From positions 627,519-691,518 of the forward strand of contig CAVTAR010000001.1 of the NCBI GenBank assembly GCA_963732775.1: 64,000 bases of DNA, written 5' to 3'. Shown here piece by piece: positions 1-9,370 of this stretch; within the stretch, counting starts at the first letter, position 1, and the number at the start of each line of letters is the position of its first letter. The notes under the pieces were generated by a model that searched no databases, was not told the origin of the DNA, and saw only the letters and a program-made list of their open reading frames with translations. The position numbers and the translations under genes are program-made. Source of the DNA: an uncultured Pseudomonadota bacterium (lineage in GTDB: Bacteria; Pseudomonadota; Alphaproteobacteria; Acetobacterales; Acetobacteraceae).

Positions 1-2
1 TG

Positions 3-1505
3 AACCTCGTGCGCTGGCAGGCGCACTGGCACGTCGTGCGGCAGAGCTGGGCGTTTTTCCAGAACGACTTCGCCGGCCGCATCGCCAACCGGGTGATGCA
101 GGTCGGCCCGGCCCTGCGCGAGAGCGTGATCAGCTCGACCAACGCGGTCTGGTACATCGTCGTCTATGGCGGCAGCGCAATGACGGTGCTCGCGAGCCAC
201 GACTGGCGGCTCGCCATCCCGACCGCGGTGTGGTTCTGCGGCTATGCCGGGCTGCTGCGGGTGTTCGTGCCGCGGATGCGCGAGCGCTCGCGCATCGTCT
301 CGGGGATGCGCTCGGAGCTCACCGGCCGGGTGGTGGACAGCTACACCAACATCCTGACGGTGAAGCTGTTCGCCTCGGCGCGCGACGAGGACCGCTTCGT
401 GCAGGAGGCGATCGACGACCACACCGCCGCCTTCAAGCGGCAGCTGCACATCACCACCGGCTTCAGCTTCTCGCTGGCCTGCATGAACGCGCTCCACGTC
501 GCCGCCGTGGCGACCGCCGCTCTGCTGCTGTGGCGCGCCGGGCGGGTGGGGGTCGACGTGGTGGCGATGGCGCTGCCGCTGTCCTGGCAGATCTCGCAGA
601 TGGCGGGTTGGGTCGCGCAGAACGTCACCGGCATATTCGAGAACGTCGGCATGGTGCAGGAATCGATGCGCTCGGTCGCCGTGCCGCGCCAGCTGCCCGA
701 CCCGCCGGGCGCGACCGAACTCGCCGTCACGCGCGGCGCGATCAGCTTCCAGCACGTCCGCTTCGGCTACGGCACCGAGCGCGGCGTGCTGCACGACCTG
801 TCGCTCGACATCGCCGGCGGCGAGCGCGTCGGGCTCGTGGGGCATTCCGGGGCCGGCAAGAGCACGCTGGTGAACCTGCTGCTCGGCTTCTACGCGCTGG
901 AGGGTGGGCGCATCCTGATCGACGGGCAGGACATCGCCGGCGTCACGCAGGAGAGCCTACGCCGCCGCATCGCGATGGTCACGCAGGACACCTCGCTGCT
1001 GCACCGCTCGATCCGCGAGAACATCCGCTACGGCCGGCCGAGCGCCAGCGAGGCGGAGGTGGAGGAGGCGGCGCGCCGCGCCGAGGCGCTCGGGTTCATC
1101 GAGCGGCTGGAGGACTGGCTCGGGCGCCAGGGGCTCGACGCGCATGTCGGCGAGCGCGGGGTCAAGCTGTCGGGCGGGCAGCGGCAGCGGGTGGCGATCG
1201 CGCGGGTGATCCTGAAGGACGCGCCCATCCTGGTGCTGGACGAGGCCACGTCGGCCCTCGATTCCGAGGTGGAGGCGGCGATCCAGGGCCAGCTCGATCG
1301 GCTGATGCGCGGGCGCACGGTGCTGGCCATCGCGCACCGCCTGTCCACCATCGCGCGCATGGACCGCCTCGTGGTGCTGGAGCATGGCCGCATCGTCGAG
1401 CAGGGGTCGCATGCGGCACTGCTGGCGGCGGGAGGCGCCTACGCGCGTTTGTGGCAGCGGCAATCTGGCGGCTTTCTGGAGACGGCGGCCCGGCAGGCGG
1501 CGTGA
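3..1505 (+). CDS. ABC exporter, fused permease/ATP-binding protein (MsbA-like); 5' end lies outside the window
   Basis: Frame is open to the window edge. Hydrophobic N-terminal part. NBD has Walker A GHSGAGKST, signature LSGGQRQR and Walker B ILVLDEATSALD. Confidence 0.9.
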   Translation, partial: NLVRWQAHWHVVRQSWAFFQNDFAGRIANRVMQVGPALRESVISSTNAVWYIVVYGGSAMTVLASHDWRLAIPTAVWFCGYAGLLRVFVPRMRERSRIVSGMRSELTGRVVDSYTNILTVKLFASARDEDRFVQEAIDDHTAAFKRQLHITTGFSFSLACMNALHVAAVATAALLLWRAGRVGVDVVAMALPLSWQISQMAGWVAQNVTGIFENVGMVQESMRSVAVPRQLPDPPGATELAVTRGAISFQHVRFGYGTERGVLHDLSLDIAGGERVGLVGHSGAGKSTLVNLLLGFYALEGGRILIDGQDIAGVTQESLRRRIAMVTQDTSLLHRSIRENIRYGRPSASEAEVEEAARRAEALGFIERLEDWLGRQGLDAHVGERGVKLSGGQRQRVAIARVILKDAPILVLDEATSALDSEVEAAIQGQLDRLMRGRTVLAIAHRLSTIARMDRLVVLEHGRIVEQGSHAALLAAGGAYARLWQRQSGGFLETAARQAA

Positions 1506-1561
1506 TTTGCTTCCAGGTTGCGCCCCGGTCAGGCATACTCCCGCTCTGATTGGAGCGGATC

Positions 1562-2011
1562 ATGAGCGGCGACGAGACGGGCCAGATCATCGAGTTGCTG
1601 AACACCATCCTGAAGCGGCTGGACACATACGACGGGCGCTTCGACGCCGTGGACAAGCGCTTCGACGCCCAGGACAAGCGCTTCGACGCCCAGGACAGGC
1701 GCTTCGATGCCGTGGACCAGCGCTTTGACGCCCAGGACAGGCGCTTCGACGCCTTGGACAAGCGGCTCGACCGGATCGACGCCCGGCTCGATCGCTTCGA
1801 TTCGATGCGGGTCGAGTTGCTGGCGCAGAGCGAACGGGTGCTGAACGAGATGTCGCAGCTGCGCGACGACATGACCGTGGTGATGGCCCGCGTCGACCGG
1901 GTCGATGCGACGGCGCAGAGCGTGGTCGTCGAGGTGCGCGCGCAGCACCGGCAATGGCAGCGCATGAATGCGCGCCTGACGGCCGTGGAGGAGAAGACCG
2001 GGATCGCCTGA
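1562..2011 (+). CDS. Small coiled-coil protein built on a heptad tandem repeat (hypothetical)
   Basis: ATG at 1562 is preceded by GGAG (the track start at 1550 is TTG). Eight heptads D-x-R-F/L-D-A-x are followed by a helical tail. No signal peptide. Confidence 0.6.
   Translation: MSGDETGQIIELLNTILKRLDTYDGRFDAVDKRFDAQDKRFDAQDRRFDAVDQRFDAQDRRFDALDKRLDRIDARLDRFDSMRVELLAQSERVLNEMSQLRDDMTVVMARVDRVDATAQSVVVEVRAQHRQWQRMNARLTAVEEKTGIA
1631..1798 (+). repeat. 8 x 21-bp in-frame tandem repeat (gac-nnn-cgc-ttc-gac-gcc-nnn)
   Basis: Read directly from the DNA. Units start at 1631, 1652, 1673, 1694, 1715, 1736, 1757 and 1778. They encode DGRFDAV, DKRFDAQ x2, DRRFDAV, DQRFDAQ, DRRFDAL, DKRLDRI and DARLDRF. 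Confidence 0.95.
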
Positions 2012-2019
2012 ACCGCCCG

Positions 2020-2526
2020 ATGCCCGTGCCCGTGCCCGTGCCCGTCCGCGACGCGACCGAGGCCGACCTCGCGCGCATCCTGGCCATCACCAACCAGGCG
2101 ATCGGCGAGACCACGGCGCTGTGGACGATCACCCCGGCCACCCTCGACACCCGCGCCGCCTGGATGCGCGAGCGGCTCGGCGGCGGCTTCCCGGTGCTGG
2201 TCGCCGAGCATGGCGGCGAGGTCGCCGGCTTCGCCTCGTTCGGGCCGTTCCGCCCGCACGACGGCTACCTGCACACCGTGGAGCACTCGCTCTACGTCGA
2301 CCCTCCGAGGCAGGGGCGCGGGCTGGGCCGGGCGTTGCTGGCGGCCCTCGTCGCCAGGGCGACGCTCGCCGGCAAGCACGCCATGGTGGGCGGCATCGAG
2401 GCGTCCAATGCCGCGTCGATCGCCCTGCATCGCGCCGCCGGCTTCGAGGAGGCCGGCACCTTGCGCGAGGTGGGCCGGAAGTTCGACCGCTGGCTCGACC
2501 TGCTGTTCATGGTGCGGCGCCTGTAG
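2020..2526 (+). CDS. GNAT family N-acetyltransferase (phosphinothricin/methionine-sulfoximine acetyltransferase-like)
   Basis: ATG at 2020. Core HSLYVDPPRQGRGLGRALL plus ASNAASIALHRAAGFEE is typical of the PAT/YncA-type GNAT group. N-terminus carries (PV)4 from a hexanucleotide repeat. Confidence 0.8.
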   Translation: MPVPVPVPVRDATEADLARILAITNQAIGETTALWTITPATLDTRAAWMRERLGGGFPVLVAEHGGEVAGFASFGPFRPHDGYLHTVEHSLYVDPPRQGRGLGRALLAALVARATLAGKHAMVGGIEASNAASIALHRAAGFEEAGTLREVGRKFDRWLDLLFMVRRL

Positions 2527-2585
2527 CAGGCTGCCCCGCGCGATTCGCACGCCCGCCGACGCGGCAGCCGTGCTGACTGGGCGCC

Positions 2586-3179
2586 ATGCCGATCCCCTTC
2601 CTGGCCATCGCCGCCTTCACCGTCGCCGCGTCGGTCACGCCGGGTCCGAACAACGTCATGGTGGCCGCGTCGGCGGCCAATCACGGGTTCCGCGCGACCC
2701 TGCCGCACTGTGCCGGGATCATGGTCGGCTTCGCGGTCATGGCGGCGGTGGTGGGCCTCGGCGTGGCCGGGCTGCTGACCGCGTTCCCCACGGTGGCGCT
2801 GGTGCTGCGCTGGGTCGCGCTCGCCTGGCTGTTGGTGCTGGCCTGGCGGATCGCCCGAGCCGGCGCCCCCGGCAGCGGTCCCGCCCGCCCGCCCATGGGC
2901 TTCCTGGGGGGCGCGTTGTTCCAGTGGGTGAACCCGAAGGCGTGGCTGATGGCGGTCGGCGCCAACGCGGCCTTCGTCTCGTCTGGCGCGCCGCTGCTGC
3001 CGCAGGTGGCCACCGTCGCGTTCGCGTTCTTGCTGCTCGGCACGCCATGCGTGCTGCTGTGGGCGGCGATCGGGGGAGCGGCTGGGCGGCTGCTGCACTC
3101 GCCGCTGCGGCTGCGCGCCTACAACCTGCTGATGGCGACCCTGATGGTGGCCTCGATGCTGCCCGTGGCCTTCGAGTGA
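2586..3179 (+). CDS. LysE/RhtB family amino-acid efflux translocator
   Basis: 197 aa and multi-TM. N-terminal TPGPNN motif is characteristic of the LysE family. Confidence 0.85.
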   Translation: MPIPFLAIAAFTVAASVTPGPNNVMVAASAANHGFRATLPHCAGIMVGFAVMAAVVGLGVAGLLTAFPTVALVLRWVALAWLLVLAWRIARAGAPGSGPARPPMGFLGGALFQWVNPKAWLMAVGANAAFVSSGAPLLPQVATVAFAFLLLGTPCVLLWAAIGGAAGRLLHSPLRLRAYNLLMATLMVASMLPVAFE

Positions 3180-3239
3180 GGCGCGCGCCCGCGCCCGTGG
3201 CCTTCGAGTGAGCCGCGCGCCGCAGCCCGCGATGCCCGG

Positions 3240-3803
3240 GTGAGCCGCGCGCCCGCGCGCGCCGCCGCGCCCGGCCCGGCGGCGCTGTTTGTCGCGTTCT
3301 TCGGCGTCGGCATCGTCGGCTTCGGCGGCGTGCTGCCGTGGCTGCGGCGGATGGTGGTGGAACAGCGCGGCTGGATGACGCCGGCCGCGTTCACCGACAT
3401 GCTGGCGTTCTGCCAGATCCTGCCAGGACCGAACGTGGTCAACTTCTCGGTCTGCTTCGGCGGCCGCGCCGCTGGCGTGCGCGGTGCCGTGGCGGCCCTG
3501 GCGGGGCTGCTGGTCGGGCCGGTGGTGATCGTGGTGGCGCTCGGCGCCGTCTATCAGCGCCTGGCCCCCTATCCGGTCGTGGCCGGGGCGATGGGCGGGC
3601 TGTCGGCCGCCGCCTGCGGCCTGGTGCTGGCGACCGCGGTCAAGATCGGCCAGCCGCTGCGGGGCCGGCCGCTCGGGCTGGCGGTGGCCGCCGTGACATT
3701 CGCCGCCGTCGCCATCCTGCGGCTGCCGCTATGGCCGACGATCCTGGTTCTGGCGCCGCTCAGCACGCTGCTACACGCCCGCGCCGACAGGGAGCGCGGA
3801 TGA
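3240..3803 (+). CDS. chrA: Chromate transporter (CHR) family protein, half-size, first of a pair
   Basis: 187 aa and hydrophobic. CHR-like segment FAFCQILPGPNVVNF. Stop overlaps the next start (ATGA at 3800). Confidence 0.8.
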   Translation: MSRAPARAAAPGPAALFVAFFGVGIVGFGGVLPWLRRMVVEQRGWMTPAAFTDMLAFCQILPGPNVVNFSVCFGGRAAGVRGAVAALAGLLVGPVVIVVALGAVYQRLAPYPVVAGAMGGLSAAACGLVLATAVKIGQPLRGRPLGLAVAAVTFAAVAILRLPLWPTILVLAPLSTLLHARADRERG

Positions 3804-4324
3804 CCGAGCGGCTGCTCGCGCTGGCCGCGACCTGCGCGCAGTTGGGCCTGCTGGCGGTGGGCGGGATCAACAGCATCATCCCCGAGATGCAGCGCCAGGT
3901 GGTCGAACTGCGGCACTGGATGACGGCGCGCGAGTTCGCCGCCCTATTCGCGCTGGCGCAGGCGGCGCCCGGGCCGAACCTGCTGGTAGTGACCCTGGTC
4001 GGCTGGCATGTCGCGGGGTGGGCGGGGGCGGCGGTTGCCACCGGCAGCACGATCGGGCCGACCTCGGTCGTGACCTTCTTCGCGTCGCGGGTGTGGCACC
4101 GGGACGGCGCTGGGCGCTGGCGCGACGTGCTGCAGGCCGGGCTCACGCCGGTCACCGTCGGGCTGGTGCTGGCCGCCGGCACCCTGCTGGCGCGGGCGGC
4201 GGCGCGGCATTGGGGCGACCTGGCCGTCGTCGCCCTGGTGGCGCTGGTCACGCTGCGCGGCGGCGTCCACCCGCTCTGGCTGCTGGCCGCGGGCGCCGCG
4301 CTGGGGGCGGCCGGGGTGCTCTGA
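3800..4324 (+). CDS. chrA: Chromate transporter (CHR) family protein, half-size, second of a pair
   Basis: Starts at ATG 3800 inside the longer track ORF. Motif ALAQAAPGPNLLVVTLVGW. Translationally coupled to the first half. Confidence 0.8.
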   Translation: MTERLLALAATCAQLGLLAVGGINSIIPEMQRQVVELRHWMTAREFAALFALAQAAPGPNLLVVTLVGWHVAGWAGAAVATGSTIGPTSVVTFFASRVWHRDGAGRWRDVLQAGLTPVTVGLVLAAGTLLARAAARHWGDLAVVALVALVTLRGGVHPLWLLAAGAALGAAGVL

Positions 4325-4334
4325 GGGCGCGGTG

Positions 4335-5099
4335 CTACTGGAAGCCGTGGTCCGCCGCGTCCAGGATCAGGCGCTTGGTCGTGCCGTGGCGGCCGGCCGG
4401 GCTGCGGGTCGGCAGCTCGGCCACCTCGTCGAAGCTCGCGCTCTGCACCACGGCGCGGCCCGTCTGCGCGCCGGCGCTGGCGTTGGCCAGCATCGTGCCC
4501 GAGTCGGGTCGGTCGTAGATGAAGCCGTAGGTCGGGTAGGTGCTGCCGTAGTCGCCGCCGCGGGCGAGCGCGACACGCACCTGCGACCAGTCGTTGGCGG
4601 GCGACACGTCGACCACGTTCACGTGGCGGGCGACGCTGCCCTTGCTCCAGTTCGCGTGCTCGATCTCGATGCTGCGCGGGTCGAGCACGGCGGTGACGAC
4701 CGCCACGTGGCCGAGCCGCATCCGGCCCGTGGCACGGAAGTTCAGCACGCTGCCGGGTTCCGGCCGCTCGCCGCGTTCGTAGATGCCGGCGGCGGCCTCC
4801 CACCAGTTGGCGGCGTTGCCCTTCAGCTCGATGCCGGAGGCGGCGCGGGCGAACGGCACGCATTGCAGGCCACCGCCGTAGCCGGCGTAGCGGTACTTGG
4901 CACCCTTGAGGTTCACGAGCTTGGTGTGGCGATGCCCCGGGGAGGCCGCCGTCGTGTGCAGTTGATGCGCAGACGTGACGGCAGTGCTGCTGCTAGAGTG
5001 GCGGACCTTGGCTTGGGCAGCAACAGAAAAGCCGCAGGTGGTGGCGACGAGGACGGTTCCGATCATGACAAAGCTGCCGGAACGGACTGTGCGCATCAT
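4335..5099 (-). CDS. Secreted CHAP domain-containing protein (peptidoglycan amidase/peptidase-like)
   Basis: Signal peptide MMRTVRSGSFVMIGTVLVATTCGFSVAAQA. CHAP-type Cys/His core (GLQCVPFAR ... LGHVAVV). Confidence 0.75.
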   Translation of the reverse strand: MMRTVRSGSFVMIGTVLVATTCGFSVAAQAKVRHSSSSTAVTSAHQLHTTAASPGHRHTKLVNLKGAKYRYAGYGGGLQCVPFARAASGIELKGNAANWWEAAAGIYERGERPEPGSVLNFRATGRMRLGHVAVVTAVLDPRSIEIEHANWSKGSVARHVNVVDVSPANDWSQVRVALARGGDYGSTYPTYGFIYDRPDSGTMLANASAGAQTGRAVVQSASFDEVAELPTRSPAGRHGTTKRLILDAADHGFQ

Positions 5100-5372
5100 G
5101 CCAATCGCCTTTTCGTGATGTGGCTGATGCAATCGGTAACAACGGGTCTGTGAATGTGACAACCCGGAAATCGCGCCGACACAAAGCAGCCATGCGATAT
5201 TGCCGAAATCGGGCTGTGGATAACCGCGGTTTAGAGGACCGCATACCTAAAAACGGCCACTGGACGGAATGTGTGGCCTATTTGCGGCTTGCGTGTGGCG
5301 TCTTTGCATCATGCGCGAGCGCCACAGTGTGACAATCCTGCGGCGCCAGGTTGGCGACGGCTCCGCATCGTT

Positions 5373-5723
5373 TTACTTGCAGGCCGTCACCATGATTTCC
5401 ACCAGGATTTTCGGCTCGGCCATGTTGGCCTCGACGCAGGCGCGCGCCGGCGCGCCGCCCTCCGGCAGCCAGGCGGACCAGACGACGTTCATCGCCTCGC
5501 GGTCGCGGATGTCCTTGAGCCAGATCTGCGCCTGCAGCAGCCGCGTCTTGTCGGTCCCGTGGCGTTCCAGCAGCTCGTCGATCTGCGCCAGCGTCTCCTC
5601 CGTCTGGCCGATCACGTCTTTTGACAGGTCCTGCGCCGTGCAGCCCTGGAGATAGACGAAGTTGTGGTACTCGACCGCCTTGGCGAGCACGCGGCCCGGC
5701 TCGGTGCGCAGGATCTTGCTCAT
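5373..5723 (-). CDS. RidA/YjgF family protein
   Basis: Start MSKILRTEPG is preceded by GGAG. 116 aa with YjgF/RidA-like sequence (AVEYHNFVYLQG ... VEIMVTA). Confidence 0.8.
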   Translation of the reverse strand: MSKILRTEPGRVLAKAVEYHNFVYLQGCTAQDLSKDVIGQTEETLAQIDELLERHGTDKTRLLQAQIWLKDIRDREAMNVVWSAWLPEGGAPARACVEANMAEPKILVEIMVTACK

Positions 5724-5811
5724 CGGGAACTCCTCGGAAGTGGAACACCAGGATGGCCGCATTCATCGCGCGCCCGCCAGCGGAAGACGGTGGCGGCGCG
5801 GGTGGCGGCGG

Positions 5812-6207
5812 TCAGGGCAACTGCGACGGCGGCGTCGCCTCGGGCGACGCGCCGCCGCTCGCGTTGGCGGGCGAGAGCTTGGCCCCCTGCGGCGCCCCGC
5901 TCGCGTTCAGGCAGTCGTCCACCAGGACGTCGCGCGCGTATTCGCCCGACAGGCCGCGCGTGGTGATCCCCGGCAGGCCGGTGCTGGCGAACGGCGCGTC
6001 GCGGCTGCTGGTCGCGAACTCGTCGGAGCGGTACAGCTCGGCGCGGTTCTGCTTCTGGTAGACCTCGTCCGCGCGCTGCCGGCACGCGGCGAGGGCCGCC
6101 ACGTCGCGGTGCGTCGGGGGCGTCCGTGAGGCGCAGTGGACGAGCGATCCGGCGAGCAGCGCCATACCGGCCACCCGGAGCACGTGAGGCACGCGGCGCA
6201 AGGTCAT
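5812..6207 (-). CDS. Small secreted or lipoprotein-like hypothetical protein
   Basis: Internal start MTLRRVPHVLRVAGMALLAGSLVHC has a signal-like N-terminus. Its ATG overlaps the upstream stop (ATGA at 6204-6207). The rest of the 266-aa track ORF is an R/G/P-rich shadow. Confidence 0.55.
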   Translation of the reverse strand: MTLRRVPHVLRVAGMALLAGSLVHCASRTPPTHRDVAALAACRQRADEVYQKQNRAELYRSDEFATSSRDAPFASTGLPGITTRGLSGEYARDVLVDDCLNASGAPQGAKLSPANASGGASPEATPPSQLP

Positions 6208-6749
6208 GGGGCAGCTCCGGAACGCAGGAGGGAGGCGGGGGCGAGCGAGGCGGCAGCCAGCCGGGCGCGCAGGCGCGGCTCGTCCAGGCGGCCCTCTTCG
6301 TTGAGCGGCAGCGCCGCGGCGGCCCGCCAGAGCTGCGGCTCGATCGCCGCCCCGTCGCGGCGCAGCGAGAACCACGGGCCGGCCCAGGCGGCCGAGGCCA
6401 GCAGGTCGACCAGCGCCAGCAGCCGCAGGCAGACCGAGATACCGTAGGCGCTGGCCAGGCCCAGCGTGCGGTCGACGGCGGTGGCCCAGCAGCAGGCGTC
6501 CGGGTCGGCGAGGGCCAACTCCGTGGACGGCGCGCCGTCGGCGCCGCGGAAACGGAACAGGCGCGGCACGCCCCAGTCCGCCCGAGCGGCCGCGTCGCGG
6601 GCGGCGTCCCACGCCGCCTCCAGGTCGCGCGCGCGCACCGGCGGCAGGTCGGCGGGCGGCACGGCCACGAGATAGCCGCGCGTGCCGTCGCGGGCGACCG
6701 CCACTTGGACGGGGCTGCTCGCGGGTCCGGGGCGAGGCGGGTCGGTCAT
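6204..6749 (-). CDS. Hypothetical protein
   Basis: Start MTDPPRPG at 6749. 181 aa with balanced composition including W, C and F residues. Coupled to the downstream gene. Confidence 0.5.
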   Translation of the reverse strand: MTDPPRPGPASSPVQVAVARDGTRGYLVAVPPADLPPVRARDLEAAWDAARDAAARADWGVPRLFRFRGADGAPSTELALADPDACCWATAVDRTLGLASAYGISVCLRLLALVDLLASAAWAGPWFSLRRDGAAIEPQLWRAAAALPLNEEGRLDEPRLRARLAAASLAPASLLRSGAAP

Positions 6750-6860
6750 GCCCGCACCATGGCCCGGAACGCCGGCGCTGTCAGCCCGACCCTGCACCCG
6801 GGCGGGCCGGCCGATCATCGCCGGCAAGCCCCCGTCCGGCAGCCTCCCGAGCCGGCAACC

Positions 6861-7496
6861 TCAGAACACGTAGCCGCCGAAGATCAGCACGAAGATGCCG
6901 AGATAGACGACGCCCCCGAGCCAGGCGACAATCGGCAGGCCGAGCGGCGCCCGCGGGATCGCGGCGAGCATGCCGCGCAGCGCCCCGGGCCGGTCGGTGC
7001 CGGCCAGCAGCGCCACCGGGCCGTCGGCTGCCTCGGGATGGGCCGGCATTCCGCCCAGCTCGGCGGCGAGGCGGTCGAGGAAACCGCCGAACAGCCGCTC
7101 CGCCTGGCCGGCGTCGAGCGGCGCCTGGCCGCCCCCGCCACCCCCACCGCCACCATGCCCATGGACCAGCGCGCGCAGCACCGTGGCGTCGCCGTCGGCG
7201 GCGAGCTGCAGTGCCACCTCGCCGCGGGCGAACCGCCCCTGCGCGCCCTCGCCCTCGAAGGCCAGGCGCATCGCGCGGGGCGGGTCGCGCTCCAGCACGT
7301 GGGCCTGCACGCCCAGGCCGCCCGGCAAGCCGCCCGGCACCGCCTCCGGCCCGAAGGCGAGGCTGTAGTCGCGCTCGGAGCTGGCCAGCACGCGCTCGCA
7401 GCCCGGCAGCATCCGGCGCAGCGCCTCGGGGTCGACGAGGGCCGCCCAGACCCGATCGCAAGGCGCCGCGATCCGCCGCTCGGTGCTGAGTTCCAT
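6861..7496 (-). CDS. SRPBCC/CoxG-like protein with poly-Gly linker and C-terminal membrane anchor
   Basis: Start MELSTERRIAAPCDRVWAALVDPEALRRMLPGCE is typical of a CoxG-family N-terminus. HGHGGGGGGGGGQ linker. C-terminal helix LGLPIVAWLGGVVYLGIFVLIFGGYVF. Confidence 0.75.
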   Translation of the reverse strand: MELSTERRIAAPCDRVWAALVDPEALRRMLPGCERVLASSERDYSLAFGPEAVPGGLPGGLGVQAHVLERDPPRAMRLAFEGEGAQGRFARGEVALQLAADGDATVLRALVHGHGGGGGGGGGQAPLDAGQAERLFGGFLDRLAAELGGMPAHPEAADGPVALLAGTDRPGALRGMLAAIPRAPLGLPIVAWLGGVVYLGIFVLIFGGYVF

Positions 7497-7690
7497 GGGT
7501 GCTCCGCGTGCCTGTGTGCCGGCGCCTCCAGCCCTGCCGCCCGGGCGACGGGTTGGCGACGCCGTGCTCGAACGATGCAAAGCGCGCCGCCGGCCTGGGT
7601 TCCGGCACTCGATACCGGCCGGCGGGACGAAGCCAGGCCGCCACCCCCGGGCGGCTTTGCCGGGCCGCTCCGCCGCGCTATGTCCGTCGC

Positions 7691-8821
7691 GTGCCGCCCG
7701 ACCCCACCGCCCGCCCAGTCTATATCGGCGCCGAGATCTATCGCGCCTCCAGCTACGGCGCGGGCCATCCGCTGGCGGTGCCGCGGGTGTCGACCTGCAC
7801 CGACCTGATCCGCGCGATGGGCTGGCTCGACGAGGCGCAGTTCGTCACCGCGCCGCTGGCCAGCGTCGAGCAGCTCGCCCGGTTCCACGATCGCGGCTAC
7901 CTCGCCGCCCTGCAGCGCGCCGAGCGCGACCAGGCGGTGGGCGAAGCGGACCGCGACCGCTACCGCATCGGCATCGACGGCAACCCGGTCTACCCGGAGA
8001 TCTTCTCCCGCCCGGCGACCAGCGCCGGCGGCGTGATGCTGGCGGCGCGGCTGACCCGGGCCGGCGGCGTGGTCCACTGCCCCGGTGGCGGCACGCATCA
8101 CGGGCGGCGCGACCGCGCGAGCGGGTTTTGCTACCTGAACGACCCGGTGCTGGGGCTGCTGACCTGGCTCGACGCCGGGCTGGAGCGCATCGTCTATCTC
8201 GACATCGACGCGCATCACGGCGACGGGGTGCAGGACGCCTTCGCCGCCGACGACCGGGTGCTGACGCTCAGCATCCACGAGGCCGGACGCTGGCCCGGCA
8301 CCGGCGCCGCCGACGACCGCGCCGGCGGGGCGGCCCGCAATTTCCCGGTGCCGGCGGGGTTCAACGACACCGAGATGCGCTGGCTCATGCAGCGCGCCGT
8401 GCTGCCCCTGGTCGCGGCGCACCGGCCGCAGGCGATCCTGCTGCAGACCGGGGCCGACGCGCTGGAGGAGGATCCGCTGGCGAAGCTGTCGCTGTCCAGC
8501 AACGCCTACTGGGACGTGGTGCGCAGCGTCGCGGGGCTCGCGCCGCGGCTGGTGGTGGTGGGCGGCGGCGGCTACAACCCGTACACCACCGGGCGCTGCT
8601 GGGCCGGCATCTGGGCGACGCTGAACGGCATCGTGGTGCCGGACCGCACCACGCCGGCGGCGGAGCGGGTGCTGCGCGCGCTGACCTACCATCGCGCCGC
8701 CGGCCGCCACCCGCCGGCGCACTGGTTCACCACGCTGCGCGACGCCCCGCGCGAGGGGTGCGTGCGCGACGCCATCAAGCAGCTCGCCGCATCGGCGTGC
8801 ATGGAGACGCTGTCCGCATGA
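7691..8821 (+). CDS. Histone deacetylase/AcuC/AphA family protein
   Basis: Motifs GGGTHHG, LDIDAHHGDGVQDAF and GGGGYNP. GTG start at 7691 is the nearest in-frame start upstream of the conserved core, so the start is uncertain. Confidence 0.85.
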   Translation: MPPDPTARPVYIGAEIYRASSYGAGHPLAVPRVSTCTDLIRAMGWLDEAQFVTAPLASVEQLARFHDRGYLAALQRAERDQAVGEADRDRYRIGIDGNPVYPEIFSRPATSAGGVMLAARLTRAGGVVHCPGGGTHHGRRDRASGFCYLNDPVLGLLTWLDAGLERIVYLDIDAHHGDGVQDAFAADDRVLTLSIHEAGRWPGTGAADDRAGGAARNFPVPAGFNDTEMRWLMQRAVLPLVAAHRPQAILLQTGADALEEDPLAKLSLSSNAYWDVVRSVAGLAPRLVVVGGGGYNPYTTGRCWAGIWATLNGIVVPDRTTPAAERVLRALTYHRAAGRHPPAHWFTTLRDAPREGCVRDAIKQLAASACMETLSA

Positions 8822-9312
8822 TCACCCGCCGCCACATGCTGATCGCCCCCCCCGCGCTGCTGCTGCCGGCGCTCGGCCGGGCGCAGGAAGCCGAGCCGAA
8901 GGGGCCGCAGCCGGAGCTGCCGAAGGAGCGGCTGACGATCGTCACCCGCGACGGCGTGCGCCACGATTTCGACGTCGAGATGGCGCTGACCCCCGACCAG
9001 CAGGTGACGGGGCTGATGTTCCGCCCGACCGTGCCCGCGACTGGCGGCATGTTGTTCGACTGGGGCAGCGAGCGCGAGAGCCAGATGTGGATGCGCAACA
9101 CCCTGGCGAGCCTGGACATGGTGTTCATCCGCGCCGACGGCACGGTCGGCGCCATCGCCGAGCGCACGACGCCCCGGAGCCTCGCCATCATCGACAGCGA
9201 GGGCCCGGTGCGGGCCACGCTGGAGCTCGCCGCCGGCACCGCCGAGCGGCTGGGCATCCGCGTCGGCGACCGCGTGGAGCAGCGCATCTTCGCCAAGCCC
9301 GCGCCTGGCTAG
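8818..9312 (+). CDS. DUF192 domain-containing protein (secreted)
   Basis: ATG at 8818 overlaps the upstream stop. Signal MITRRHMLIAPPALLLPALGRAQ. DUF192-like core GLMFR ... GMLFDW ... MWMRNT ... LDMVF. Confidence 0.8.
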   Translation: MITRRHMLIAPPALLLPALGRAQEAEPKGPQPELPKERLTIVTRDGVRHDFDVEMALTPDQQVTGLMFRPTVPATGGMLFDWGSERESQMWMRNTLASLDMVFIRADGTVGAIAERTTPRSLAIIDSEGPVRATLELAAGTAERLGIRVGDRVEQRIFAKPAPG

Positions 9313-9370
9313 CCGGCCTCTCATCTATTCCTTCCCGGCCGAGGCGCTCCCCGGGACGGACGGCGTCCGG

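Noticed and set aside
1162-2550. 462-aa minus-strand ORF spanning the ABC exporter 3' end, the repeat protein and the GNAT gene
   Set aside because: It is antisense to three better-supported genes. Its composition is R/A/S/P-rich with the mirror image of the 21-bp repeat (SKRLSWASKRL...). This is a typical high-GC shadow ORF.
6126-8722. Long ORFs 6126-7808 (+) and 6884-8722 (-) covering the CoxG-like and AcuC-like region
   Set aside because: They are extremely Arg/Gly/Pro/Ala-rich with no motifs. They overlap genes that have clear family signatures in other frames.
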